Origin: the human T2T-CHM13v2.0 reference genome, Homo sapiens | Assembly: GCF_009914755.1 (NCBI RefSeq) | Contig: NC_060932.1 | Length of the DNA stretch: 64,000 bases | Direction: 5' to 3' (one strand) | Shown here: positions 1-25,271 of the stretch, piece by piece | Layout: each line of letters opens with the position of its first letter | How positions within the stretch are numbered: the stretch's first letter is position 1 | Made by a program: the position numbers and the translations under genes | The notes under the pieces: model-generated | What the model was told of the DNA's origin: nothing | The model's database searches: none | Seen by the model: the letters and a program-made list of their open reading frames with translations, nothing else

Positions 1-28
1 TGTCTCTGTCTCTCTCTCTCTCTCTCTC

Positions 29-3900
<3,872 letters not shown>

Positions 3901-4416
3901 AAAGTCATCGTTTTTTAACAGACCTGATGTTAGGAGTCTCAGAGAACAGTTAGGAAAAATCATAGTCTGGAAGTAGCACATAGGAACAAAAAACTGACCC
4001 TACTTTCTGACAGTAAAGTGCAGAGGGAATGTGAGGATATCTTCAGAGGGCTGGAAGGGAAGCGGTTTCCTTAAAAACAACCCAGACAGGCAAGAAATTG
4101 GAAAGATGAAGAGGCTGTGGTTTAATAGGGGTCATTCGAATGTTGGGTTACTAAAACCAACAAAGGTTTATCAAGCAGCAGAAGATATTCTCCCACATGA
4201 TTTTTATTCAAACACTCTCTCCTATTTCCTCTACCTGTATGTACAGCTCCTTAAGTTTACCCCTAAATCCAGAGTATGAAAATGTAAATAGAGGTTAACT
4301 ATGCAACTTTGCAATTTAAAAAACAGCTAAATAAAAACTGCTGTACACAAAAGCATTTCTGATAACATTAAATAAGTAATATAATGTTCTTATTCAATAA
4401 GTAAATTCTTACTTAC

Positions 4417-4464
4417 CATGAAGGCATAGCCACGTTCATATTTAATGTAACAGGCCTAACAGGC
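4417..4464 (-). CDS. LYPLA1: LYPLA1 exon 4 (PVRPVTLNMNVAMPSW, 48 nt)
   Basis: TAG acceptor, GTAAGT donor; frame continues. Confidence 0.97.
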
Positions 4465-5284
4465 CTACATGGAAAAGAAAAAACAACAAAATCAGAATAA
4501 CAAAGCATAAAAACTGATAAATTCCATTAATCAAAAACAGATAATTGCTTGAGACCTACACAAAACTATATGCTACAGTTTTAACATATGAACTGTTTTA
4601 TTTCATCCACACCTGTACAACTCTGCTTTCCACGCCCCTCCAAATGTGTTCTGAAGACAGAGCAACAGCAACAAAGGACGAAGCTTGACAGATACATTTT
4701 CCCTTCTCAACACCCTTACTTACTACTTTTGACTTCTCAGACACGAGAAGAGAAACCAGAAACCAAGACAGTTGGAAATGTATAAAACACGAGATTCCGG
4801 TATAGGGCTAAGGACAATGAGTGATTTATTACACTGATACTGTAGCATCAATTCTCATATGCTCAGATTACACTTTTCCTAATTTTCTAGTTCTTAGCTA
4901 TGTACTTGCTTAAGAGACCTCTAAATAAATAAGGGAAATCCAAAATTTGCCTAAGTGTCCATTATAGCCAATTCAAGTCTGTGATTAAAAATATGCTAGA
5001 TAATCTGAATTCAGCTCCATCCAAAGGAAAGAAAAATAAGCACACTCTAACTACATCTCACCACTTTCCTCCTGATTCATGAAGTAAGTCCACCTTAGAG
5101 GTTACAAACTGTATCAAAATTTCTTTGAAAATACAAACTTCCTAGGTTGGGCAACAGCCTTTTAAAGCAGTTCAACTTGGGGCAAATATCAATATCCATT
5201 CCAACGTAATTAAGAATTCTGGGCCGGGCGGGGTGGGTCACGCCTGTAATCCCAGCACTTTGGGAGGCCGAGGCGGGCGGATCA

Positions 5285-5597
<313 letters not shown>

Positions 5598-5827
5598 CTA
5601 GAGGTAAGACAGACTGTATTTCAGGATAAAAAGAGGAAGAAATGTTTTCTTATCCAATCTTCTCAGCTGTTATTCTTCTTCCCATTCCCTCTTTCATGTT
5701 TATGTATCTGTCCCAACTCTACTGCTACTACCACTTCTGGGGATGAATTACTAACTGACATGAGTATGTCCAATCCCTTCTTGTCTTCTCCATGGTTATT
5801 GCTTCTCAGCAACTTTTTGACCTAAAT

Positions 5828-6048
5828 CAAGGGTGTCCAATCATTTGGTTTCCCTGGGCTACATTGGAAGAAGAATTGTCTTGGGCCACACATAAAAATA
5901 CATTAACACTAACAATAGCTGATGAGGTAAAAAATAAAATAATATTTAAAAATCGCAAAAAAAAAAATCTCATAATGTTTTAAGAAAGTTTACTAATTTG
6001 CATTGGGCTGCATTCAAACTGACCTGGGCCACAGGTTGGACAAGCTTG
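5828..6048 (+). mobile_element. MER30 (hAT-Charlie MITE)
   Basis: CAAGGGTGTCCAA...TTGGACAAGCTTG termini; approximately 8-bp TSD ACCTAAAT/ACCTAATG. Confidence 0.8.
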
Positions 6049-6253
6049 ACCTAATGTGCCAATCTTATTGATCTTCTAAGTTTGCTCAAAACTTTCAGAG
6101 CCAGAATTCAAAACAATACCTATCATATTCCAAAGTCTGTGCTCTTTCCACAGTACATCAACATTGCCCCAAACGATAAAATTAAAGAGTGTTTTCAACG
6201 TAATAAAGAGTTCTCACAAATCTAACAGGTAAATCCCCTTCAGAGATACCCTA

Positions 6254-6688
<435 letters not shown>

Positions 6689-6840
6689 TTAGTTTTAAGG
6701 AATTCTACTAATCTTTATTTTTAAACAATATTTAAAAAGTAAAAATTAACTGTATTCAAATACTTTTCTGGAAGGGTAAAGCAATCACAATTGCTCCTCT
6801 CCAGACTCTGAATCACAAGCCTGAAGATCAGAAATACTCA

Positions 6841-7005
<165 letters not shown>

Positions 7006-7016
7006 TTAAATCCTAA

Positions 7017-7330
<314 letters not shown>

Positions 7331-7673
7331 TAAAAATATCTTTAAAATGTGGGCCCTCAATACTATTAAAACAACACCATGAATCTAAAAAGAACCCAGC
7401 AGCTGTTAAGTTTTACCTAGGGATAAGGATGATTTCTCAGATTTCTGAACAGCAGTGTGTGCCCCTTCAGATATTTCCACAGGGCTTCACAACTTCCAAA
7501 CTATAGATATATTTTTAAAATGTCTTTATACAATGTGTTTATAAAGTAGGCAAGAGAAATAATTAACATTTTACACAAAGAAAAAAAGCCTTGGCCGGGT
7601 GCAGTGGCTCACGCCTGTAATCCTAGCACTTTGGGAGGGTGAGGCAGGAAGATCACCTGAGGTCAGGAGTTCA

Positions 7674-7939
<266 letters not shown>

Positions 7940-8746
7940 CTAACATCTCTACATGCTTACTACACTATTTAAAAACAGTAACTTTCACCTGGGCACAGTG
8001 GCTCATGCTTACAAGCACTTTGGGAGACTGAAGCATGCGGATCACTTGAGTCCAGAGTTCGAGACCAGCCTGGCCAACATGGTGAAACCCTGTCTCTACT
8101 AAAAATACAAAAACTAGCTGGGCGTTTTTGTGCATTGCCTGTAATCCCAGCTACTCAGGAGGCTGAGGCAGGAGAATCGCTTGAACCAGGAGGCAGAGGT
8201 TGCAGTGAGCCAAGACTAGACCACTGCACCCCAGCCTGGGCAACAGAGTGAGACTCCATCTCAAAATAAATAAATAAGTGAGTAAATAAAATAAAAACAG
8301 CAACTTTCGCTGAGCATGGTGGCTCATGTCTATAATCCCAGCACTTTGAGAGGCTGAGGTAGGAGGACAGCTTGAGACCAGGAGTTTAAGACCAGCCTAA
8401 ACAATATAGTAAGACCCACTCTACAGAAAACTTAAGAAAAAAAAATTTTTTAATCCAGCAACTTTAATATTTCTTCATGCGTACATGTTCACATACATAC
8501 ACGTTCAAAGCAGAACATGGAATAATTGAAAAATTATAAATAATCAAATCCTTCTAGCCAGGAATAAACAGTTAATTTTCTGATGCATTTCCTTCTGATT
8601 TTTCCCATGCATGTCAATTAAGGAATAGATGCACATTTTACAAAACAGGGATCATGTTATACATATAGTTTCCTGCTTATTTACATTTGGCCATATACTT
8701 GATGCTTTTTACATATTATCTCTACTAAAGAATAAAGTACCAGTAA

Positions 8747-8941
<195 letters not shown>

Positions 8942-9269
8942 TAAATTTTTTTTTTGTATTTTTAGTAGAGACGGGGTTTTACTGTGTTAGCCAGGATGGT
9001 CTTGATCTCCTGACCTCATGATCCGTCTGCCTCAGCCTCCCAAAGTGCTGGAATTACAGGCGTGAGCCACCATGCCCAGCCCCCTGTTAAATACTTTTCT
9101 ATTAACTATTTTTCTATTTCAACCCACTTCCCCCAAAGTGTTAAAGACATATAAAAAGATTAGTAACAACAGTATTAACTGCAATACTTACATAACATTA
9201 ACTATAACCAGGATATTATATAGGAGTTTTGTGTATATGCACATGTGTATATGTGTAAATAGCTATGTT

Positions 9270-12130
<2,861 letters not shown>

Positions 12131-13647
12131 AATAAAGACGAAGAATGCATGACTGGACCCAGTCATGAGGAACCATTAGACAGACTCAAGTTGAAGAGTC
12201 ACTCTGCAGAATATGCAGAACTGAAGGCTGTGGCTATATGCTTTAAAACTGCAAAGGAAATGAAAGAAGAACTGATAAACAGTTTCAGACTCAAGACATG
12301 ACAGCTCAAATGAACACATACTCCTGAAAGGATCTCAGGCCAGAAAGGAAACGGACACAGCTGAGAAAGCTGGCAAAACTTCAATGGAGTCTGTGGACTG
12401 GATATAGTGTTTAATCAATGCTCATCTCCTAATTTGGAGTGTTGTATGTTGGTTATGTACAAGTATCCTTGTGCATGGGAAATACACATGAGAGTATTTA
12501 GAGGTGATAGGAAATCATGTTTGCAGGTTTATCTCAAGAGTTAAAAAAAGACTCATCTATATATACGTACATATATATACAGGGTGGGGGCGTGGACAAG
12601 CACACACAGGACTGAGTGCACACACAATGGAACACACGCAGTAAAAGATGAACCAAGGAAGCTCCATGACAGCGATATGAGATTTTTTTGTACAAAAAGC
12701 ACACATTTTATTTTAAAAGTGTGAGTTACAATTGCCACAAAAAGAATAAAATACCTAGGAATACAGCTAACCAGGGAGGTGAAAGATCTCTACAACAAGA
12801 ATTACAAAACGCTGCTCAAAGAAATCAGAGATGACACAAACAAGTGGAAATGCATTCCATGCTCATGGATAGGAAGAATCAATACTGTTAAATGGCCATA
12901 CTGCCCAAAGCAATCTACAGATTCAATGCTATTCCTATCAAACTACCAATGACATTCTTCACGGAATTAGGAAAAAATGTTTTAAAATTCACATGGAACC
13001 AAAAAAAGAGCCCAAACAGACAAGGCAATCCTAAGCAAAAAGAACAAAGCTGGAGGCATCATGTTACTGGACTTCAAACTATGCTACAGGGGTACAATAA
13101 CCAAAACAGCATGGTACTGGTACAAAAACAGACACATAGACCAATCAAACAGAATAGACAGCACAGAAGTAAGGTCACACACCTACAACTATTTGATACT
13201 CAACAAAGCTGACAAAAACAAGCAATGGGAAAAAGGACTCCCCAGTCAATAAAAAGTGCCAGGATAACTGGGTGACCATATGCAGATGATAGAAACTGGA
13301 CCCCCACCTAACACCACATACAAAAATCAACTCAAGATGGATTCAAGACTTAAATGTAAAACCCCTAACTATAAAAACTCGAAAGACAACCTAGGAAATA
13401 CCATTTTAGACATAGGACTTGTCTAAGATTTCATGGTGAAGACGCCAAAAGCAACTGCAACAAAAACAAAAATTGACAAATGAGATCTAATTAAACTAAG
13501 GAGCTATTGCACAGCAAAAGAAACTATCAACAGAGTAAACAAACATCCTGCAGATGGAAGAAAATATATGCAAACTGCGCACCCAACAAAGGTCTAATAT
13601 CCAGAATCTATAAGGAACTTAAATTTACAAGTAAAAAACAAACCACC

Positions 13648-13731
13648 TAGCTGTTCTGTGGTGTAGCCATTCTTTTATTCCTTTACTTTCTTAATAAACT
13701 TGCTTCCACTTTACTGTTAAAAAAAAAAAAA
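13648..13731 (+). mobile_element. ~70-bp MER41 LTR 3' fragment with poly(A) tail (retrocopy)
   Basis: Near-identical to the MER41 segment at about 46730-46790 of this window; AATAAA at 13693-13698, A13 tail, flanking duplication AAAAAACAAACCACC / AAAAAATCAAACAACC. Confidence 0.8.
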
Positions 13732-14179
13732 TCAAACAACCCCATTGAAAAGTAGACAAAAAACATGAACAGACACTTTTCAAAAGACAGGCTGGGCGTG
13801 GTCGTGGCTCATGCCTGTAATCCCAGCACTTTGGGTAGCGGAGGCGGGCGGATCACTTGAGGTCAGGAGTTCGAGACCAACCTAGCCAACATAGTGAAAC
13901 CCTACCTCTACTAAAAATACAAAAAATTAGCCAGGCGTGGTGGTGCGTGCCTGTAGTCCCAGCTACTCAGGAGGCTGAGGCAGGAGAATTGCTTGAACAC
14001 TCCAGCTTGGCGACAGAGCAAGACTGAATCAAAAAAAAAAAAAAAAAAGACATACATGTGGCCAACAAGCATATGAAAACATGCTCAAGATCATTAATGA
14101 TTAGAGAAATGCAAATCAAAACCACAACAAAATACCATCTCACAGCAGGCAGAATGGCTATCATCAAAAAGTCAAAAAA

Positions 14180-15089
14180 GGTCGTTAAGGGTTGGGCCAT
14201 CAGGAACTTGCGCGTCCATCTCAGGGAGACCTGGCCTTCAGAGATGACAGCATTCAGCCCCAGGAGGAGCCTGCAATTCATCCTCGGTCTTCCCAACTTG
14301 TGCCGCCCAGGGAGATACAGGACAGTAAGGAACTAAACAGAACCTGCTGTCTGAATGGGGGAACCTGCATGCTGGGGTCCTTCTGTGCCTGCCCCCTCTC
14401 CTTCTATGGACGGAACTGTGAGCATGATGTGTGCAAAGAGAACTGTGGGTCTGTGCCCCATGACACCTGGCTGCCCAAGAAGTGTTCCATTTGTAAATGC
14501 TGGCACGGCCAGCTCCGCTGCTTTCCTCAGCCATTTATCTACCTGGCTGTGATGGCCTTGTGATGTATGGCATCTCATAGCTTCCAGGACTCCAGAACTA
14601 CCAGCATCTACACTGCCACTTCTATGCCAGCTGGCATCTGCTTTTCTATACAAAGTTACTATTAATCGACACTGACCTATTTACAGAAGTATAATTTTAG
14701 ATATCATGCAAATTTCATGACCAGTAAAGGCTGCTGCTACAATGTCCTAACAGAAAGATGACCATTTGTTAGTTGCCTTAAAATAATGAATACATTTCCA
14801 AAATAGTCTCTAACATTTCCTTATAGTACCAACTACTTCCTACCTCTTTGCCCTGCCCTCCCCCAAAAAACTACTTCTTTTTTCAAAAGTCAGCCATATC
14901 TCCATTGTGCCCAAGTCCAGTGTTTCTTGATACATGTAATTCTACCAAAGTCTTCTTAATATGTTCTTTTAAACAATTGAATTATATCTTCAGATTATTA
15001 GAGACTAATCCTAATGTGGACCTTAGGATAGTTTTGAGTAGAGGTGATCAAAATCAATTAAAATAGTCTCTTTAAAAGGAAAGAAAGCA
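14180..15089 (+). pseudogene. TDGF1P5: TDGF1/CRIPTO processed pseudogene (probably TDGF1P5), antisense within LYPLA1 intron 2
   Basis: Intronless LGHQE...CCLNGGTCMLGSFCAC...CGSVPHDTWLPKKC EGF-CFC sequence; +2 frameshift near 14536; ancestral stop TAA at 14663-14665; about 420 nt of 3' UTR follows. The pseudogene number is from memory of its chr8 location. Confidence 0.93.
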
Positions 15090-17611
<2,522 letters not shown>

Positions 17612-18109
17612 TGTTGGGAGCAAGCCCCCCCGAAATCTGGCTATAAACTGGCCCCAAAACTGGCTATAAACAAAATCTCTGCAGCACTATAACATGTTCA
17701 TAATGGCCCTAATGCTCACGCTGGAAGGTTGTGGGTTTACCGGAATGAGGGCAAGGAACACCTGGCCCCGCTTAAAGGCATTCTTAAGCCACAAACAACA
17801 GCATGAGCGATCTGTGCCTTAAAGACATGCTCCTGCTGCAGTTAACTAGCCCAACCAATTCCTTTAATTTGGCCCATCCCTTCATTTCCCATAAGGGACA
17901 CTTTTAATTAATTTAATACCTATAGAAACAATGCTAATGACTGGCTTGCTGTTAATAAACATGTGGGCAAATCTCTGTTCGGGGCTCTCAGCTCTGAAGG
18001 CTGTGAGACCCCTGATTTCCCACTTCACACCTCTATATTTCTGTGTGTGTGTCTTTAATTCCTCTAGCACCGCTGGGTTAGGGTCTCCCTGACAGAGCTG
18101 GTCTCGGCA
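17612..18109 (+). mobile_element. MER9 3' LTR of the HML-3 provirus
   Basis: TG...CA termini directly after the PPT; starts TGTTGGGAGCAAGCCCCC; internal AATAAA. Confidence 0.88.
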
Positions 18110-20103
18110 GTTCTCCCATAAAGACACATGCATACTTACTTTCATTGCACTGCTATTCACAACAGCAAAGACATTAAATCACCCTAGATACCCATCAGCG
18201 GCAAACGGGATAAAGAAAATATCGTACATATACACCATGAATTGTTATGCAGCCATTAAAAAAAGAATGAGACCATGTACTTTGCAGCAACATGGATGGA
18301 ACTGGAGGCCATTATCCTAAGCAAACCATCACAGGAACCGAAAACCAAATACCACATGTTCTCACTTGTAAGTAGGAGCTAAATAACAAGAACACATGGA
18401 TACTAGGAGAGGAACAACAGACACTGGGGCCTACTTGATGGTGGAGGGTGGAAGGAGGGAAAGGATCAGAAAAAAGACCTATCAGGTACTACGCTTATTA
18501 CCTGGGTGACAAAATTATCTGTACATCAAACCCTCAGAACATGCAGTTTACCTTGCAGATGTACTCCTGAATCTAAATAACAAGTTACAAAGTAAAAAAT
18601 AAAAAAGTAGTCCGGGCACGGTGGCTCACGCCTGTAATCCCAGCACTTTGGGAGGCTGAGGCAGACGGATCACTTGAGGTCAGGAGATACAGACCAGCCT
18701 GGCCAACATGGCGAAACCCCGTCTCTACTAAAAATAAATAAATAAATAAATAAAAAGTTTATTCTTCTGAAAATAAAAGGAATAGATTTATGAGATAGTA
18801 AAGTGTATGTTCCAACTTTTAAAAAGAGCTGGACACAGAAGATATACATATAATACCATTTATCTGACGGTCTAGAACGGGCAAAAGTATGGTATAGCAA
18901 TAGAAGTCAGAATAATGGTCGCCTCTGGGATGGGAGGGTACTAACTCCAGGAGAATGAAAAATACTCCTGGGGAGCTGGAAATGTTCTCTATCTTCATCA
19001 TGTTGATGGTTTCATGGGTGTAAGTAAAAATTTATCCAGCTAAACATTTATTTTTTATTCTTTTGAGACAGAGTCTTACTCTGTCACCCAGGCTGGAGTG
19101 CAGTGACACAATCTCAGCTCACTGCAACCTTTACCTTCTAGGTTCAAGCAATTCTCGTGCCTTAGCCTCCTGAGTAGCTGGGATTTCAGGCGTGCACCAC
19201 CACGCCCTGCTAATTTTTTGTATTTTTAGTAGAGACGGGGTTTTGCTGTGTTGGCCAGGCTGGTCTCCAACTCCTGACCTCAAGTGATCTGCCCTCCTCA
19301 GCCTCCCAAAGTGCCAGGATTACAAGCGTGAGCCACCGCACCCAGCCTGGCTGAACATTTAAGATCTGAATACTTGACTATATCATAATCCAATACAATT
19401 TTCAAAATAATTTTCAAAAATAGCAAATCCAACTCAAAAAAGTTCTTACACCAAACCAATCTGAGTTTAGAACTGCATAATAGTTGCAAAGCAAAGCAAC
19501 TGATAAATTCTCTACCCACCAGACTCAACTACTAAAGTATACATGGTCCCCAATTTACAACGGTTAGACTCAAGATTTTCCAACTTTACAATGGCACAAA
19601 AGCAAAACACATCCGTACGCTGCTCAACTTTTCAGCTCTGCCAGATGTAACCCCATTGTAAGTCAAGGCGCATCTATATTCAGCTAAAGGTCACCAGATT
19701 TGGCTGAGTGTGGCCTTTTCTGGGCTACCTGCTGCTTACTGCTGATCTAGACTTGTGACTTTGGGATAAGCAGGAAGAGAGAGATGAAGTTGAGGGAAAT
19801 GAGCTGTTTGCCCTGAGGTAAGTCTGAAAACATTTGGGAAATCATTTTGAGACAAGATTATAGATTCTGTAGATAGAAACACCTTCTACCATCTGCTAAG
19901 ACAAATGTAAGTTATGAGCTATATCAATTGATTCAAGTACATATTACAGGTCTATGCAAGTCTATGTTCAACAACCCCCCCCTTTTTTTTTTGCTTTTTA
20001 TGTTTAACACTTTATTACAAGCTATTCACTTGAATTTGATACACTATTTCAATGTACGTATTTTCAGTGTTAACAGCCACTAAGTTTTCTTCTTTTTTTG
20101 TGA

Positions 20104-20448
<345 letters not shown>

Positions 20449-21135
20449 TAATGTGTATAATAAGCAATATTTTGCAGCAATAATAAATACCTGGCATATG
20501 GGCTACCATTCCTAGATCGTGGGCCCAGAGTAGACATTACCAAGCAATTAAGGCACTCTTTGTCACAGAGCCTTGACCAGCAAAGGTATCCAAGCAGCAT
20601 ATAAGATAAAAAACTAGACTGGGTGCAGTGGCTCAAGCCTTTGACCCCAGCAGTTTGGGAGGCTGAGTTGGGCGGATCATTTGAGTCCAGGAGATTGAGA
20701 CCAGCCTGGGCAATGTGGCGAATCCCCCATATCTACTGAGAATACAAAATTAGCTGGGAGCGCTCCTGCAGTCTCAGTTACTCAGGAGACTGAGGTGGGA
20801 GGATCAATTGAGCCTGGGAGGCGGAGGGTGCGGTAAGCGGAGATCACACCACTGCACTCCAGCCTGGGCAACAGACTGAGACCTCGTTTCCCCCTGAAAT
20901 AAATAAATAAATAAATAAATAAAATTTAAACCTGTCTGTTATCTCTGCAAAAGATAACAGTATAACCACATTATAAAATGTTTTCCATGGTTATTGCCAA
21001 TGCTGATTTTCTGTAAGCTTTTTCTATTTCTATTTCAATTTCTAAGTATATCGTTACTATATTTTCTATTTCAGGATTTGTGCTGATGACCTCAGGGATA
21101 ACTAAATAAGTTTTAAACATTACAGTATTATTTCA

Positions 21136-21315
<180 letters not shown>

Positions 21316-21636
21316 CTACAAAAAGTAGCCAAGTGTGGTGGCACGTACCTGTAGTCCAAGCTACTCGGGAGACTGAGGTGGGAGTTGTACTGAGCCACGA
21401 GCGTACTATGCCACTGCACTCCAGCCTGGGCAACAAAGCAAGACTCTGTCTCAAAAAATAGTAATAACAATCTTCCACCTATTTATTAGAGTCCAAAATA
21501 AAATAAAGCTTCAATTATGTTCCTCAAAACATTACTACATATAATAAAAGCTTGACCTATATCATGGCTGGCCAAGGCAGATGACAGCCGTATTCCTTTA
21601 TGTTTACACTTACGAAGTATATTGAGAAATATGTAA

Positions 21637-21990
<354 letters not shown>

Positions 21991-22733
21991 TAAATTTAAC
22001 ATGAATTTTAGAATTGTTATTAATACAATAAAACATTGGCTATTTTCTCCATACCAAAGAACTCTATACCACTGGCTTTTTGAGTACTTACAATCTTTTG
22101 TATGTATTAGACATTTGCCAAAGAATAAAAATGCTGGAGTTCACACAGAAAAGTACAACAGCTTTAAGGTATGGACTTTATAGTTCAAAGGCCTTTTGCT
22201 GTACTCACTAGTTTCTACCCCTGTCTGGAGTAACAGGCTGTTGAAGAGTTGCCTCTCAATTATTCACCCCAAATATACAGACAATGCAACAATATTTCAC
22301 AGTAAATTTTGACTATTTGTGGCTCTGCCCCTATTTGTGCTCAAAATTGTAATTCAATAATTATTAATATTATTTATTTATATTTTGTGCTACTTCTCTT
22401 AACTGTGTTTATGTCTTAACCACATAGACCCTTGTTTTCCCTACTATATACACAGTTTTTGGCCAGCAGCTCTCGTCCAATGAAAGAGCTCAAGAAAATG
22501 TCTTTTTTAAATAACAGAAGACATGTTGAAGAAAAAAAAAACAACTGGAAGATTATTTTATTCTGAAACACAGTCTTGCTCGGTCACCCAGGATGGAGTG
22601 CAGCCTGTAATCTCTTCACTGCAACCTTCGCATCCCGGGTTTAAGCGATTCTCCTACCTCAGCCTCCCGAGTAGCTGGGATTACAAGCGCGCCACCATGA
22701 CAGGGTTTCACCATGCTGGTCAGGCTGGTCTCA

Positions 22734-23120
<387 letters not shown>

Positions 23121-23736
23121 TGAGGAGAGAAATTTAAAAAACAAACATTCTACATGCATGAAAGATAAAGATTGAGATACAGACTGTATCCTCAACGAAA
23201 CTGCAGTCCCGTAGGAGAAACAAGATATAAACATACCACCACACAGATCAAAAGTTAAGCCCTACAAACAAGTTACAAAGAATGTCAAAATGTGGAAGAG
23301 AAGGAAAAGATTAGTTTCAGCTATGAAAATCAAAAAGAATTTATACAGCAGGAGCAGTAAGACAGAGGACAGGTTTTCCCCACAACGCACACGCACATAC
23401 ATACGCACCATAGTATGTTTTATTCCTTATTACAATTAGGGGAGAAAAGACAAAAGTAGAAAATGAAAAGCATTTGGACTGGTGCGATCAAGAACTAATC
23501 CTTTTTTTAAAAAAAGAAACAATCATTAACAGCTTAGCTCCTATTTGTTATGAGACTATATTGTATCTACAGTTTTAGAATGTACTTTTTTTTTGGTAGA
23601 GACAGGATCTCACTATGTTGCCCAGGCTGGTATCAAACTCCTGGCCTCAAGTGATCCTCCTGCCTTGGCTTTCCAAAGTGTTTGAATTAAAGGTGTGAGC
23701 CATTGCACCTGCCCAGGATACACTTTTTCCACTTAA

Positions 23737-24027
<291 letters not shown>

Positions 24028-24902
24028 TAGCCAGGATGGTCTCGATCTCCTGACCTCGTGATCCGCCCGCCTCGGCTTCCCAAAGTGCTGGGATCACAGA
24101 CATGAGCCACCGCACCCGGTCTCATTGTACAGTCTTATAAAATGAATGTTCGCAGACATCATTTTTTCCTTAGAAAAAATTCTTTAAAACATTAATGTCA
24201 CAAAAATCTTTTAAAAAATTAGGCCTTTGCACATATACTGTTAAATTAGTCTAGAAGAATACTTAAAAATCAGAGACAGAAATTGAAGACACCTCAGATA
24301 AAGTAGGTTAAGACCACATGGTGAAGAAATGACTGCTGTGCTCTATATTTGAATGTTAACAGGTAGCCCATAAGAACCCACAGAAAAATCAAATGATGAA
24401 TATTATCATCTTAGGAATATTACTCTAAGCAAATACAGCTCTAACTCTCATGCAAGCTAAAAATAACAATGAAAAGCTCAATTTTTCATAGTATGAATAT
24501 ACAAACAGTTCCCAACTTATAATGGCTAAATTTATGATTTTTTGATTTTATGATGAATTTATCATGATGTAAAACATCTGTATATCAAGAAATATTAAAC
24601 AACAGGGGTCAATAATTGTTTTCTGCAAAGGACCAAAAGAGTCAACATTTTAGGCTTTACCAGCCAGAAGGTCTCTGTTGCAACTACTCAACTCAGCCAC
24701 TCTAGGATGAAAATTAACTATAGACAACATGTAAACAAAAGGATGTGGTTCTGTTCCAACAAAACCTTATTTATGTACAATAAAATCTGAGTTTCATATA
24801 CTTTTCATGTGTCACTAAGTCTTAAGTTTTTTCCTAACCATTTAGAAAAAGTAAAAACACGCAGCAGCGAAAATGCATAGGATGCAGCAAAGGCAATGCT
24901 CA

Positions 24903-25271
<369 letters not shown>

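Noticed and set aside
14058-14336. Apparent L1 ORF2-TDGF1 fusion ORF
   Set aside because: Enters the TDGF1 sequence in the wrong frame; chance read-through at the insertion junction
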